A stretch of 58,099 nt of DNA from Burkholderiales bacterium (GTDB lineage Bacteria; Pseudomonadota; Gammaproteobacteria; Burkholderiales; SG8-39), in contig DATLDY010000074.1 of assembly GCA_035525655.1 (NCBI GenBank), positions 1 to 58,099 of the forward strand, given 5' to 3'. Shown piece after piece: positions 57,043 through 58,099 of the stretch (its first letter is position 1; each line of letters begins with the position of its first letter). A model generated the notes under the pieces. The model did no database searches. It was not told the origin of the DNA and worked only from the letters and a program-made list of their open reading frames with translations. The translations under genes and the position numbers were made by a program.

Positions 57043-58065
57043 CGGTGCCGTGGAAACGATCTGCAGCCGCAGGCGCCGATCGAGGCCCGCGGGCGCCGGC
57101 AAGTCGAGCATGCCCTGCGCGCTGTCGCCGAGGAAACTCGGATTGAGATAGAGCAGGAACTCGTCGACGCAGCCCTCGCGCACTAGCGACCCATTGAGGC
57201 GGAACCCGGCCTCCACATGCAGCTCATTGATGCCGCGCGCGGCAAGCACTTCGAGCATCCGCGGCAGCTCGACCTTGCCGTTCGGGTCCGGCAGCCGAAC
57301 CACTTCGGCGTTCGGCACCTCGCCGTCGTGCGCGGCAAAGATCAGCACCCGCTCGCCTTGCAGGATGCGCGCGGCCGGCGGCGTCTCGAGCCGGCTGTCG
57401 ATGATCACGCGCAGCGGCTGGCGCGGCGTTTCGACATCGCGCACGGTGAGCTGCGGATCGTCCGCCTTCACCGTGCCGATGCCCGTCAGGATGGCGCAGG
57501 CGCGCGCGCGCCAGCGGTGTCCGTCGCGCCGGGCTTCGGCGCCGGTGATCCATTGCGAGCGGCCGTCTTCGAGGGCTGTGCGGCCGTCGAGCGTCGCCGC
57601 GACCTTGAGGCGAACCCACGGACGCCGACGCGTGACGCGGGAGATGAAGCCGATGTTGAGCTCGCGTGCTTCGTCCTCCAGCAGACCATGCTCGAACGCG
57701 ATGCCGGCGGCAGCGAGCCGCTCGGCGCCGCCGGCGGCCTGAGGATTCGGATCGCGCAGCGCGGCCACCACTCGCCGCACTTTTTTGCCGATGAGAAGAT
57801 CTACGCAGGGCGGCGTGCGGCCGTGGTGGTTGCACGGCTCAAGGGTGACGTAGGCCGTGGCGCCCTCGGCGGCGGTATTTTCCAGCGCGCGCACCTCGGC
57901 GTGGGGGTTGCCGGCTTTCTCGTGCCAGCCCTCGCCGACGATCTCTTCGCCGCGGGTTACCACGCAGCCGACGCGCGGATTGGGCGTGGTCGTATAGAGG
58001 CCTCGGGCAGCCAGCTCGAGCGCGCGCCGCATCATCGCGTGGTCGAAGGCCGAGAAGCGCGTCAC
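56992..58065 (-). CDS. ribD: bifunctional diaminohydroxyphosphoribosylaminopyrimidine deaminase / 5-amino-6-(5-phosphoribosylamino)uracil reductase
   Basis: 357 aa. Deaminase zinc site HAEVRAL...PCNHHGRTPPC, followed by the reductase domain (KVAATLDGR). Confidence 0.94.
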   Translation of the reverse strand: MTRFSAFDHAMMRRALELAARGLYTTTPNPRVGCVVTRGEEIVGEGWHEKAGNPHAEVRALENTAAEGATAYVTLEPCNHHGRTPPCVDLLIGKKVRRVVAALRDPNPQAAGGAERLAAAGIAFEHGLLEDEARELNIGFISRVTRRRPWVRLKVAATLDGRTALEDGRSQWITGAEARRDGHRWRARACAILTGIGTVKADDPQLTVRDVETPRQPLRVIIDSRLETPPAARILQGERVLIFAAHDGEVPNAEVVRLPDPNGKVELPRMLEVLAARGINELHVEAGFRLNGSLVREGCVDEFLLYLNPSFLGDSAQGMLDLPAPAGLDRRLRLQIVSTAPLGGDLRLLARPAASST

Positions 58066-58099
58066 CGCGGGCGCTATTTTCTGCGCTTCTTGGCGGCCT

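Noticed and set aside
58074-58099. A minus-strand reading frame ending at TAG 58076..58074 (…AAKKRRK*), which could be the 3' end of nrdR. nrdR commonly precedes ribD.
   Set aside because: Only 8 codons are visible and nothing identifies the family. The call would rest on expected synteny alone.
1-58099. A window-wide search for mobile elements, prophage remnants, defence islands, toxin-antitoxin pairs, retrons or CRISPR-Cas.
   Set aside because: No transposase, integrase, recombinase, phage structural, restriction-modification, nuclease-helicase defence or reverse-transcriptase-like ORFs were seen. There are no flanking inverted or direct repeats and no tRNA integration sites. The low-G+C patches are ordinary intergenic promoter regions.

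Overview
This is a 58.1-kb, high-G+C (roughly two-thirds by eye, not computed) chromosomal segment of a proteobacterium. Synteny blocks such as purN-DUF3108-rsmB, cspA/clpS-clpA, dut-coaBC/radC-rpmB-rpmG, glcDEF-hyi and a phasin gene suggest a betaproteobacterium, but that is inference only. I can support about 62 protein-coding genes, one RNase P RNA (class A), five rho-independent terminator hairpins (four look bidirectional), a few sigma70-like promoters and one in-frame coding tandem repeat. Gene content is overwhelmingly housekeeping:
- nucleotide, cofactor and TCA enzymes (pyrC, purN, dut, coaBC, ribD/ribE, icd, fumC)
- pntAB and glcDEF
- ClpSA and HrpA
- ribosomal proteins L28/L33
- transport genes (a TRAP system, a DMT exporter, an NhaD-like permease, a TauE exporter)

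I see no transposase, integrase or phage genes, no CRISPR array, no tRNA or rRNA, and no recognisable defence or toxin-antitoxin module. Genes are packed very tightly, with many ATGA/GTGA/TTGA start-stop overlaps. One co-directional gene train of about 14 kb runs from 24739 down to 10884.

I did not find a convincing multi-gene novel system. The leads most worth a second look are:
1. The phasin gene has an A7 slippery run just before its stop. The -1 frame then continues with coding-like composition for 35 Lys-rich codons, right up to the terminator. This could be recoding, phase variation or an assembly error.
2. A sensor-less degenerate GGDEF domain retains an RxxD I-site and is translationally interlocked between a cytoplasmic molybdoenzyme and an orphan binding-protein/permease fusion.
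3. An opposite-strand membrane-protein ORF exactly fills the glcE-glcF gap.
4. An HD-domain plus stand-alone PAS gene pair sits next to rnpB.
5. A small secreted Lys-rich repeat peptide contains a perfect 21-bp tandem duplication.

All family assignments come from motifs I recognise in the translations. No database search was run.
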